From the human T2T-CHM13v2.0 reference genome, Homo sapiens, in the NCBI RefSeq assembly GCF_009914755.1, contig NC_060927.1: a stretch of 64,000 nt of DNA, one strand, 5' to 3'. Shown here piece by piece: positions 1 to 16,808 of this stretch. The notes beneath the pieces are model-generated. The model was not told where the DNA came from. It worked only from the letters and a program-made list of their open reading frames with translations, and ran no database searches. The position numbers and the translations under genes were made by a program. The stretch's first letter is position 1; each line of letters opens with the position of its first letter.

Positions 1-1268
<1,268 letters not shown>

Positions 1269-3204
1269 CCATGAATTCAGTTATTTTTTCTCTTTATTTC
1301 TTCAAAATATTATAGAGTTTTGATAAATTTCATTTTGCCTACATTGCATACATTTGGGTTTGTACTCATTTTATCATTTTAATTTTCCATAAGAAAATCT
1401 GATTGTTCTAAGATAGCTTAGAACTTGAATAGCTATCATGTGGGGGAAAAGACGTAAAATATACATTTTCTTCTGTTTCTTTCATGCTTTCAATTTTGCT
1501 GTTCGTTTACTTTTCACATTTTTACAAAAATATGAATTATTGTGCCATTATATGAGCTATCTTACAGAAAAGATGGCTAAATATAGTAACTGATGAACAA
1601 AAGGAACCAAATGAATGCTTTCTAATTGAATAAATAGAATAAAATTACATATTATCCATATATGGCTGTGATTGAACACTTGATTTAATTTGAATAATCT
1701 TATAGACTAAGAATATCTCAATAATCTTTGTTTTATTGTTTAACTTTTCTCTTTAATTATAAAAGTTTAGTTTCAAAAATATTTCAGATATTCATCTATA
1801 AATTGGATATAGGACCAAAAGAATGAAGTTACCCAGATATACTTAGTAGGTCAAACTAAGAAGTTTTTGTGACAACAACATTTATCTACAAATCTGAAAG
1901 AGCTGCCTCTGAAAGTAGCCTATTCTCTAATAATCTATGTCTTTTAACAGAGTGAATGTCAGTTGATCAAGAATATGTAGTTGTAAAAGTTCCATCATTG
2001 AGTACAAGATTGAACTAGATGCACATAAAAGAACTTCCCAACATGGCTTATGGATTAAATATTTCACCAAATTAACTGAAATTATCTTATGTATGGACAT
2101 AATGGATCTCTACAGAATAGTCTCTTATAAGACAACCCTTCTGTTTAAGCCACATTACATGATGTTGAAGAGAAAGCGTGAATTGGAGTGAACAATAGAA
2201 AGCAAAGGAGGAAACATGAAGTAGGTATTTTTACTAGCATTCGGTGGCTGAGCAATCCCCAAGAAAGCCTAGGTACGAATTGTGGATCTGTGTTTTTCTC
2301 AGATGACTGTACAAAAGTCATATAACTATAATAAAGTTAGTGCTAACAATTCATACAATTTGGGGAAATATTAAAACTAAACACAAGCTACCCATTTTAT
2401 CTGAGGCATCAAAATAATTAGTTACAATTCTGGAGCTCACCACGGCCCTGATAAGTTCACTTACAATCAGTAAGTTACCTTCAGCATGTAGCATGAATAC
2501 GGATATCAAACCATAGCATTAAGTTCTTTAGTAAATGCTAAGGTGCCAAGCTCAAATATGGTAAAACTTTATAAAAGGCTGAAGTACCTTAAAGAAATGA
2601 CTGGAACTCATGAACCTGAAACATTTACCTATTGATGGAAAGATATTTCAAGAAAATGCTTTTATTACCCACAAGCTGTCAAATCATTCAGGGAAGGAAA
2701 GTCACAATTTGGCTCAAGGAATTTCTAAATAATTTCGATAAAATATTCAAAGTACTGGTTTATATGTCCACAACAAAACTATGTTGATTAAATGCATGGG
2801 TTTCTAACTATAAATTTTCCTATTGTAATTTTACATATTGCCTTTATTATCCTTTCCTCAGTAGATAAATAGGTTTTGAAAATTAAATAATGGCTGTATA
2901 TCATGGAATTTTTCTGTGCAAACATACTTCTTGGTATATACAAAGATTTTCTCAAAAGTACCAAGGCATGGAGAATTTAAAGGGAATCCTTTTCCAGATA
3001 GTCAACTTTCATGTGTGCTTTATCCTTAACAATATCTGCCTGGGAAGGACCTGGATGAACAGCAGTTTCTCACCACTGCCTATAAAAATCACAACCCAAT
3101 CACACATTACCTTTCACCCAAACCAAATTTGACTGTCACTTTGTGCTAGAAAGGCCTGCTAAGGGACACATGATTTTATTCTTTATAAAGATAAGTGTTT
3201 CTAA

Positions 3205-3335
3205 ATAAGTGTTCTAAAATTATGTCACGGTGATGGTTGCTCAACTCTGTAAATACACTAACAACCAGTGAATTGTACAATTTAAATGGATGAAGTTTGT
3301 GATATATAAGCTATATCTCAATAAAACTGTTAACA
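3205..3335 (+). mobile_element. Old L1M (L1MB/MC-type) 3' terminal fragment
   Basis: TGTTCTAAAATT..GGTGATGGTTGC.CAACTCTGTAAATA...GAATTGTACA.TTTAAATGG...TATATCTCAATAAAACTGTT resembles L1M 3' ends. Confidence 0.75.
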
Positions 3336-6169
3336 ATGCACAAATAACAGCATTAACAAATACAAACATATGAACAAACAAAAAGCCCAGGACACCTAAC
3401 AGAGGGAAAATCGAGAAGTTCTGAGAAAATGAATGACTCCAATGATTAGGTGAAAACTACATTAGCAGATCAGGTAATTTTATTTTTATTATTATTGGAA
3501 GTCATTGAATTGCTAGATGAAATTGTTATAAATAATTTTAATGATAGATCACTATGTATTTTTTAGCATATTACTCAGAAGAAATTCAAAGTATTGAATG
3601 GAATTATTGTTTAAAAAACTAAAAATACAGAAACTTCCTTTAACAATCGTCTTTTTTATTTGAATGTAGTTTTATTCACAACTTAAAGCCAATCTATCTC
3701 ATGAAGAAATATCTCTTCACTTAGAATTTACTTTTTGTACTTCATAATTACTCATCAACATGTATAATATATTTAGATTACTTTGATAAATTGTATGCAA
3801 AATAATTCCAAAATTAACTCAATAATGAAGAAAAAATATGTAATTTTTCAATCCTTAGAATGTAGTTTCAGGGAAATAAGGAGGTATACACAATTTAGGG
3901 AGGAGATATATACAAAATTTTAAGAATCCTTGTTTTTTACCATTGAGACATTTTCACTATGTCCTCAGAATCCTGTTGTCTGTTAATGACTTTAAGTTTT
4001 AATGCTCATAAGAACTTACCTCACTAAATAATATATCCAGAAAAAGAAGGCATATTGTAATGATTCTTTGTGTATTATTAGAACTAGTATAGCCATTAGC
4101 CTTGAAGGAGTATTTTTTCAATAATGTCCAGAGAAGTAATTTATAATTTATGTTGGTTTTTCAATCCTTTATTGTACATGTTCTTTTGGTTCTTTCATTC
4201 ATTATTTAAAATGCTATATATACCCAACCTAGTTTTCCCTTTTTAAAGTCACCAGAACAATTTAAAACAATGTGTCAGAAAATAGTAATTTTTCTTGTAA
4301 TCTGATTTTCTCATTCTGATTTTCAGGTTTAAAAGGAAGAGATTTCTAAGAAAATCATAGTTGACATGCCATTTTCCAAATGTCATCAACTTTTTCTTTT
4401 TACATACATCTTTAATAGGCTCTTTCCCTTTTTCATACATATTTTACTGCAAAAATGTTTGCCATCAATATTAAAATATGAATTATTTCCAGATTGGTGT
4501 ACATAGCTTTCTAAGTGTTATTAAATCCAATTCATTATATAGTAGTTTAATGGCATAGTTCATTCATTTCTATTTTAATATAAATTTCCTTCCTTTATCA
4601 CTGGCCATTGATTACCCTTGTTTACCTACATTCATATTGAAAAATGCAGACAAGTCTTTAGGGTATTTTTGTGCTATAATTTTTTAGAAGTTTTAGGAAC
4701 ATACAACAATGAATGAGCAAACTCTTTACTTAATTAAATTTTGAATCAGTATTGAGGATTTAATGGTTACTGAATTTATTGTATTTTTATGAAAGGTATG
4801 GGTCAAAATTTGAACATTTTTATGTCACTGCTTTTAGTGCCTTAAAAATAAATAAAAGTTATCATTTGCATTTTACTTTTGGCTTAATATCAAAAGTATA
4901 AATTATTTAAATTCAGAATAAAATTAATGTTGTATTATCAAGATGAATTCTTATTTAATATTTTCAAGTAATAGGTTTCCAAAATCCCAAAGATATTTTT
5001 AATCAATAAGAAATATTAGAAAAAGATATGAGTGTATGGCAGCCTAATTATATTCAGAATTCTGAAAAAAATACTTCCCAAAGTTAATAATTAAAATAAT
5101 ATGTTGAGATCAATCTTAATTTATCTGAGCTTATCTCTTGAAGTTAAGGGAGGTAGAGAGAGACTGGCCATCTTCAGAGATTGCATGCCTAGTTTGGTGC
5201 TTTTCATTAATAAACTATTAGTCTTGAATGTGTCACATGTAACTGACACCAAATGAGACAAGGAGCAAAGGAGACTTGAAAGACAAACAGCTCTGGAATG
5301 GAACCACTACTTATACTCTTTTACACTGCCTATTCCCTTCAATGTTATTTCTCCTGGATTATACATTTATTATTCATTTTTTCTCTTTACAACTTGATTT
5401 TATACCACCAATCCAACTTAGAACACCATTTTTCTCCCTTCATGCTTTAGTTTCCTAATTGATTATGGTCTACTTTCTCCCACTATGCTGCTTTACTAAG
5501 TTGAGGTGAGCGTTCTGCCTGCAGCAGTCTCAGGAGCTCCGCGTTCAGGGTAAATCTCTCCCCAGCTCCAGCCAACCCCACTAGCATTATGTAGACTTAA
5601 CCTTTCATATTTGGGTAAATGTGCCTGTGGGTAAGGTACCATTAATTTAACCACTGAGGGAGCCAACTTCGTGCTAAGAAATGTTCTGTACACTGTACAC
5701 TGATGAAGAAATTTTAGTTTCAGAACACAACTTCAAAGGCAAGGATGAAGATAGTTTTTCCTTCATCTTTACTGTTCCCAGGGACTAGCACGAAGAATAG
5801 AATCAAAGATTGATGGCAGACTAAAACATTTTTCTGTTTTACTTAGCGGAGTTGAAAAATGCGATATCATTATTGTGTTAGTGAAATACTTCTTTACAAC
5901 TTAACCTATTTATACAATTGAGACAATATAGCTGACGTCCATAATATTACACTTAAATTTTTAGTTTTGAAAAATCATCAAAAATGACAATTTTGTTATT
6001 ATAGAAAGTAAAATCCTGGGTTCCATTCAATGCCTTTTCAGAACTGAAGCTGAATTCCACATTAATTGGCATTATGTAAAAAACTTTAAAGAATGATCAC
6101 AATTTTATAATAAAGAAAACTTCAAGGTACTGCATTTTAGAAAAAAAAAAATCCACCCTTAATATCATG

Positions 6170-7480
6170 ACTGAAGTTCAGGATTGTGGCCCCAGGGTAT
6201 AAAAAGCTGGAAAGTGTTGCTCCCAGCTTCCAATAAAAGAGATGCTGTTTCCCTGTTCTCTGGGTAGTCAGGTTCTGCTGCTGGATAGAATATTACATGA
6301 CTACAAGCAGGTGCAAAGGCAGATAAGCACCACCCAGGGAAGATACCAACCCACAATTAGAGAACAGACAGAACACCCAAGAGTTACATTTCCTACTTAC
6401 AGCAAGAGGGGAGAAAGACTTTGCATGAAATTCAGCCTCTTGCATTAGGTCGGACCGCCACAGTCATGCAGTAGGATTCTTCCCCAGCAGTCAAAAGTTG
6501 TGTGACTGCATTATCTCACTTTTTGCAGCAATGGGAGGACCTCAACTCCTCCCCTGTAAGGCATGAAATATGGAAAGCTGAGTGTGGGCCTGAGGGCCAC
6601 TGAACTCACACCTAAGCAAAACAAACTACACCACACTGAGCCCGAAACAGGTAAAGTTATTCCCATAGAAGGCAAAAAGCCCAGCATGGACTGCGAAGGC
6701 TCTATATCTCCCAGTTGGGAAATGTTTCACACCTGAGGCTCATCCTCATAAGTGGGAGAGGAGGAGTGGACGGGTGGTCCATACCTGCCTTTATCAACAG
6801 AAGTGGTCCAACTTTAAATTCATAACGTTTTTCAAATCTGTTGAAGACCTAGGATTGAATAACCCCTAAATGGCCACATGGCGCAAAATCTAAAGCAAAA
6901 AAATTGATCTGCAGGAAGAAAGGGAATATGAGCAAGCATTCATTTGGGGTATATACAACCTAACTGAAGTAGCTAACAAGAGTTTACTGGAAGAGCAGAC
7001 ATTTGGTGAAATGCAAGTATGCTACAGACTGGCACTTTGTCTAGGAACTCCACTGCAGGCCCAAAGAAAATAATGGGAAAAGCCCTAAGAAGTGCCCATG
7101 ATGTTGGCATGGGGTCTCTAACAGCTGTGCCTGTGGCAGAAAACAAAAGGCTTCACCTGAATCTATTTCCCTCGTCTCCATTGTGGAACAAAAGACTTGC
7201 AAAAGAAGGGAGGCAGTAAGTATTCCTGCCTTTAGGATATTGATGGGAACTCATTATAGCTGGGGAGATGGGAACACTACAGGGACAATAAAAGTTTACT
7301 CTTAGGGCAGGGTCAGGGTTATGTCCTGAGCTCCACAACCAGTGGGGGTGAATAGAGAAGGACATATCTCTTGAGAAACAGGACAGATTGCCTGCCTAAG
7401 GCTAAGGTTTAATCAAAACAACGGAAGCTGTGCACCCATCACCAGCACCGTTCCCATAGCAAGCCAACAAACTTAAATAT
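6170..7480 (+). mobile_element. Degenerate GC-richer ancient repeat, probably L1M 5'UTR-like, possibly with an LTR-like insert at about 6240-6800
   Basis: Abrupt GC rise immediately upstream of L1M 3' sequence; family not firmly recognised. Confidence 0.3.
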
Positions 7481-7828
7481 TCTAACAAAAATATTGAGAT
7501 GCATTTCCAGAAGTATGATTCATAAAAAACGATATGTTAAATTTATTTAAATTTAAAAATAATAATTTGTATGAAAGACAATATTGGGAGAATAAAAAGG
7601 AAAGTCAAAGACAGAGAGAAAATATTTGTCTAATCCATTTGTGATAAAGAACTTGCACTCTGGAAACATAAATAATTACCAAGCTCAACAAGATACATAC
7701 AAAAAATAAAACCTAGCCACCAGATCTAGACAGAAACATCACTAAAAATATATAAACAGATGGCAAATAAATATATGAAAGTATATTCAATATAATTATT
7801 ACAAAATTACAATTTTAAGTTACAATAA

Positions 7829-8562
<734 letters not shown>

Positions 8563-11526
8563 TGGTGGACTCCTGTAAAGTTAAATATACACGAGTACCT
8601 ACCTGCGACTCAGTGACTCTGCTTATAGGTATCCTCGCTAGAGAAAAGAACACATATATTCACACAAAAACTGTATGCGAATGTTTTTAGCAGTTAACCC
8701 ATAAACACCCAAATTGGGAGCAGCCCACTTACATCCTTTAATAAATGAATAAACTATTGACGCAGACGAAAACATAGACAAAATTTATATGTTTTGCTAA
8801 ATGAAAGAAGTCAAATCCCAGGGCTACCTATGGCATGATTCTATTTATATGACCCTTTGGAAGAGACAAATTGTGGGCAGGAAAATAGATCGATTTCTTA
8901 GGGTTGGGGAGAGGGTTTATCTATTAAAGGGTTACAGGAGTAAGAATTTCTTCTTTTTTGTGCATAGAAATTGTTCTGTGTGGAACTGTGGTGTTGGACA
9001 CATGACTCTGCATTTGTCAAAAGATATAGAACTGTACAAAACAAAAAGTGAAATTTGCTATATGTAATTTTTTTCAAACATCAAGCAGACAAGGGGGCAT
9101 AGGGAAGGCAAATTGCATGTTAATGTAAGGGGAAGCTGAGTAAAGGGTATTTGGTACTCTGTAATGGAAGGTATCGGGCAGTGGTCTGATTCTTATATAC
9201 TGTGAAGGTTAATGAGAAAGATTTGTGTGTATATTTGTATATGTGTTTATTACTTCTGAAGTCATGAAGATAGAGTTAATTTTCTTGAGAAATATAGTTT
9301 ATATTTTTCTTAACAAAATTCTGAAAGCAGAAAGAATAACAGAAAATATTGCCTAAACTTCTTTTTATGCATTTTTAATGATAGTTATGAGAGTCGAGTT
9401 AAATGAAGATATAGTTGCTGAAGACATTTCTAGATCCTAGAAAAGAATGAATAAAAAAAAATTTTCTACAAATTATACACATAGCAATAGTACATATGTA
9501 CAAATCGTATGTGTAGTACTAATGTACAGTAGGACAGAGAGCTATTAATAACTAAATCCCTGAGGATAATTAGTATACAATGGAATAATATTAACTCCAG
9601 ATGGGTATTGGTATGAGAATTTTTAAGGAAGCTTATAGAAAAAGTAAACAAACCATGCAATCTGAAGCCATAAAAACAGCTGTATTGTGAACTCTCTATT
9701 TGTTAGATTTGACTATTTGACACATTATTTTACTACCTATGTTAACAAATCACACATAAGAGCCAAATGAGTTATAAATTCCAACAAAGACAAATGAATA
9801 ATAATCTCAAATATGTGTGTTTTCAACAGGCATTCAGAACTTGTATTTTAATTAACACCATTCAAGTCACAAAATCCTTAGCTATGGGTTTTGCTGACAT
9901 TAATTCAGCTTATTATTTTAAAGCATTTCTACATATGTTAATTTGACTTTATGAGTCACATTTCATAATGCATTTAGACATGCCAGCCCAGGCATACTTT
10001 TCCTAATTCACACTTCACTCATTTGATAGCATTTGTCTTTTAGCCTTCTGACTGTAATAACTTACCATGTGTAAACAAATGCCACATGATTCACACTCTG
10101 CTCTGTCTCATTGATTAATTATCTAAATACAATGAAAAAGGACAAAGTGTTGAAAGCAACAATATATTAATTTACCACAAAATGTTCCGATGATTCATTC
10201 TCCATGAACTGATATTCTCAAATTCTCTGATAGGCCACTAATAAAATACTTCAATATTACATTTCAAATAATGAAATTGAATGTGAAATGTTTCATGTAA
10301 GAAAACTGAATACAATATAAAATTTAATTTATTCAGTGGATGGCACCATCCATAGTTGAAATCTAGAAATACTGAGAGCAGGATTCAGAGGGTTATCTTT
10401 ATGGATAAATCCAGCAAATCTTCAAGGTATTAGATAACAATGGTAACATTTAAAGAGCACTTAAGGTCTCATAGACATGCAATATTTTCCTTCCTCAGAG
10501 CTACATTAGGCATAAATCTTTTTGTCGTCTCTTACATTAGATACAATAAAGACTGAGACACATATCCAGGGTCTCAAGCTGGGTAAATGGCACAAACAGG
10601 ACATGAGCAAAGAGTCTGAATATACATCTCACTCTTATCTACCATGCTACATTGTATCTACCCAAGGAAAACGAGCAATTAAGCAATGGGCTGTGATGTG
10701 GACATTACTGCAAAACTATGAATTATGTTGCTTTTATAATCATGCTGAGAAAGTTCCTTCTAAAACCAAAGTTATAGGTACTTTATTTTCTTCTACAAAT
10801 TTAATTGTTTTGTTTATCAATTAAAATTTTTATTTTCAATTCATTTTGGTAGAAGATCTAAGGAAGAATATGCATTTTTAGTGGAATACTAAAATCATGT
10901 ATGGATTATTGACTTCTTAGGGAAGATCTTGAAAAAACCAAGGTAAATACTGAAGAGTGCATGAATTCAGATAGTAATAAGTTATTTGGTTCAAATTTTA
11001 TGAAATATTCCAAAGGGCTTTATTTCATAAACTCTAAAAGATGTTATTCATTAAAGAACCTGCTTAACTGCCTCAATAGTTTTAGAAGTAGTCAGCAAGT
11101 AATTATTCCATTTGTTTCTAATTTATTAGTAACATTCTTTTAATTAATAATAAACCCTTTATTATTGGTCTAAAACAATTGATCTGGTTGTCACAGATGT
11201 GTGAAGCTTTCCTGTTCACCTAGCAATTTAGAACTTGAATAATATATTGTGTTTTTGGCATTAAATCCTTTTATAAATATATTAACACTTTTATATCAAA
11301 TGACATCACACAGAAGGTATGGAAAAAGTGTTCATTATGGAAATAAAATGTAAATAAACTACATTTATTCATTTAAATTTCATGCTATTGTAGAAAACAT
11401 GTTTTTTGGGGAAAGACACTCTCAAAACCACTAAGATCATTAAGGTGAATAAAGTTAATGTGATCTAGTTCAACTTCCCTTGAGATATTAATTCAAGTTA
11501 ACTGGGTGGAAGCCTGATCATAACTG

Positions 11527-11827
11527 TAGTCATGCATTGCTTAACAATGAGAATACACTCTGATAAATGCATCATTAGGTAATTTTGTCTTTGTCCATGA
11601 GTTTACTTTCAAAAATCTAGACAATATTACCCATTACAAAACAAAGTGATACGGTATAGCCTTTTGCTCCTAGGCTACAAATCTGTACAGCGTGTTACCG
11701 TATTGAATACTATAGAAACACAGAAACATAGAAAAAGTACAATAAAAATATGGTATTAGCCTTATGGGACAACCATCGTATATATGGTTTGTTCTTGACC
11801 TAAACATCATTATGTGGCACATGACTA
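11527..11827 (+). mobile_element. Tigger3a (MER7/Golem-type) non-autonomous DNA transposon
   Basis: Ends TAGTCATGCATTGCTTAAC ... TTATGTGGCACATGACTA followed by TA; internal GGTATAGCC..GCTCCTAGGCTACAAA. Confidence 0.85.
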
Positions 11828-11837
11828 TACATTTTAA

Positions 11838-12183
<346 letters not shown>

Positions 12184-12971
12184 AGGACCTTTTTTTAAAG
12201 AATGAAAAACTATGTTGTTGCCCATTTTAATGTGCAGCTAATGTGAATCGATAATAATTAATAAAATATATGTATAATATTAAAATGCAGAATTCCAAAT
12301 TACGTCATCATACTTTAAAATTATCAGTAATTGTGTACTGCATCACATTTTAATATCAATAGATAAATATATAATTCAAATAGAGAGTAATTTCAGATGT
12401 TTCACAGGCATTTTTTCATAAAGGTACTCTTTAAATATTTTCATAAAATATTGTTCTTCTCATTATACAAACGTTTTTTACAAATGGAGTTGACATTCAC
12501 TGGAGAGAGTTACTACACACGAATCATTAAAAATACTTTAGTTGAAGTCATCATACATTTAACTGAGGCAGAATTTGTCTTAATATTGGGCTTGTTATTT
12601 AGATAAATGGGGGAACATCGGCTTTTAAATTGAAACGATAATGACAAAGTGGTCTGTTATTTAGTCATTATGTGTAGTTACTAAGCTGTCCTCAGAATAA
12701 ATTCTAAAATATAATAATTTTTTAGAAGAACTAGATTCTGCAATGTCTCTAAAGAGAAAGTGAATCTAGGAAATAAACTACTGTGTATCAGAAGTTATTT
12801 TCAGCTCTATAGCATTAGCAAATAGTGTTTTCTTTCAGTCATTTGTAATTGTGGCTTGTTAAACTAGTATACTTCTGTTCAGTGTTCTAGTCACCATAGT
12901 TTATGAAATCATGAAGATAAGAAAACAATAAAACCATGATAACTCTGAGATTATTTTATGAAGATTCTTAA

Positions 12972-13313
<342 letters not shown>

Positions 13314-14177
13314 TAAAGATTATTAGGAAGGCAACTAATATTATTGTAGAATTCTGAGTGTTATTTGAATTTTTAGGTTGTGATTAAGATAAAAGGCCAA
13401 AAACTTAACGCTGATGAAAGCTGTTTAGGGATTTAATGTGAATATATACTAACACACAAATTATTTTCTCCATGCTTATGGAATCATTCTGTATATTTGA
13501 AGACTGTATAGTTTCAAGAAAGCAGTATCATACGATCACATGTTGGTAGGTCAGTAGCTCTCACTTTTATCTCGATCGTGTTTTAATCATTTTCTCCACT
13601 GTTGCAAACAAGTTAATTTGCAAATCAATCTCATGTAACACAAAAGTAGCTTTAGTTGTAATAGTAAGTAGGTTGTCAGCATTTAAGGTACTGGGGGGAA
13701 AATCATGCTTTAAGTCTATTGGAATTATTCAAAATTTATGAGTCTTATAATGCAAAATAGAGAAATATGAGTAAAATTTTATCATAACAATTGTTATCGT
13801 AAAATTTAATTTAAAAATAATTGTAAATGCAGGCGGAATATAACTCGTATCCTTGAGAAAAAAACTGGATATTGTTCCTTCTAGTGAAGTCACTTGATAA
13901 CAGCTAATGTTTCAATCATCAACTTCATCATCCATTAAATGATCGTAATAAGCATACCTATTTCACAGAGTTATGAGATTTTACATACATATATGTAATT
14001 ATTCAACATAATAGTAAAAAAGTCAATATCTTCACTTGTCCTAGTCTATCAGATCGAATACAAATTAGATGTCTACTATGTTATCCAGCATTATCTAATT
14101 TTAAGTACATGTAACTCACTAAGATAAATAAATCCATCAGATAAATAACATCTATTAGGCAATATAGCTTTATGAAA

Positions 14178-14483
14178 GGTATTTCTTTAATAAAAGTAAT
14201 GCTTGAAGCTCAAAATTACTCCTTGATCCATGGGCTACTCAATGGGTGTTGTCTTAGTTGCCATGAAAAGCACATTTATCTCCTGTACCTCTTCATCAGA
14301 GGTCTTGGATGACATTGTACATTGTCAATAAGCAGTAATATTTTGAAAGAAATATATTTTTCTGAGCAGTAGATCCCAACAGTCGGCTTAAATTGTTCAG
14401 TAAAACATGCTGCAAACAGATACACTATCATTCAGGCTTTGTTTTTCCATTTATAAGGCATAGGCAGAGTAGATTCACAGTAA
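14178..14483 (-). mobile_element. Tigger1 internal (transposase-region) fragment
   Basis: TTACTCCTTGATCCATGGGCT, GTCAATAAGCAGTAATATTTTGAAAG, CAGGCTTTGTTTTTCCATTTATA..GGCAGAGTAGATT match antisense Tigger1. Confidence 0.8.
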
Positions 14484-15087
14484 CTTTTTCTCTGCAAATG
14501 ATGTATGCATTATTTAGACGGGGTATCTCAGCTTCTTTCCGTTATTGTATTGCTGCCTATTTCATCCTTCAGATGTCAATCTTTGCTTTACATCCTGAAG
14601 TGCTTTGGTTTTTGGTGCATTTATATTTATAATTCTTGTTTCTTCTTGCTGAATTGACACTTTTACTGTGTTATACTGACCATCTTTGTCTCATGACAAT
14701 CTTTAACTTACAATCTATTTTGCCTGATATAAATGTATTTTATTAGGTATCAATTCTGCTCCTGCACCTTTTTGATTACTATTTCTGTGAACTATATATT
14801 TCAATCTCTTCACTTTCAACCTATTTTCATCCTCAAATATAAGATCAGTCTCTTAGATGCAGCATATTATTGGGTCTTTTTAAAAATTCATTTAAGTACA
14901 AGCACTGTATATCTTTGACTACTGAGATTAAATTACTTATATTTAAAGTAATTATTGATAGGAAAGAACTTACTATCGCTATTAGTCATTGGTTTCTGTC
15001 TGATTTATAATTTTCCTCTTCTCTCTTCTCTTGCTGTCTTTGTGGTTTAATGATTTTTTATAGTGATATGTTTTTATTCCTCTCTCT

Positions 15088-15234
15088 CTTTATTTTTAAT
15101 TTTTATTTTTATTTTGAAGAGACAGGGGTTTGTTAAGTTGCCTAGGCTGGTCTTGAACTCCTGGCCTCAAGAAATCCTTCTGCTTCAGTGTCCCAAAGCA
15201 CTAGGATTACAGGTACGAACAATCATGCTGGCCC
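15088..15234 (-). mobile_element. FLAM / Alu left monomer
   Basis: T-rich tail plus GAGACAGGG...GGCTGGTCTTGAACTCCTGGCCTCAAG...CCCAAAGCACTAGGATTACAGG; single monomer only. Confidence 0.85.
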
Positions 15235-15608
15235 AATTCTTCTCTCTTCAGCTTTTGTGCATGTATTAACAGAATTTTGTGTGTGTACGTGGTTGCTATG
15301 AGGCTTGTATCAGACTTGCCATCACTATAATAGTCTATTTTAAGCTGAAACAACTTTGATTACATACAAAAGCTCTATACTTTTCATCCCTCCCCACACT
15401 TGGTGTCACGGTTTATTTCTTTTTTTTAATTTGCATCCATTAAGATTTGTGGTTATGGTTATTTTTAATACTTTTGTCTTTTAATTTTTATACTAGAGTT
15501 AAAATTAATTTACACACCACCATTAAAGTGTTACAATATTCTATGCCTGTTTATCCAGTAATATTTATATTTTCATATGCTATGGTGCTACTCTTTAAAA
15601 TTTATTCA

Positions 15609-16085
<477 letters not shown>

Positions 16086-16321
16086 AATTGAAGAATTCCC
16101 TAGTATTTCTTGTAAAGCAGGTATAGTAGTGAAAAACTCTCTCATTTTTGTTTATCTAGGAAAGTCTTCATTTGTCCTTCATTTTTGAAGGACAAGTTTT
16201 TCAGGTATTCTTGGTTGACAGCTTTTTTTCTTCCAATACTTCTAATATATAATCCCACTCCCTCTTGTCCTTCAAGATTTACACTGAAAAATCTGCTGAT
16301 AGTTATACAAAAATTCCCTAG

Positions 16322-16808
<487 letters not shown>

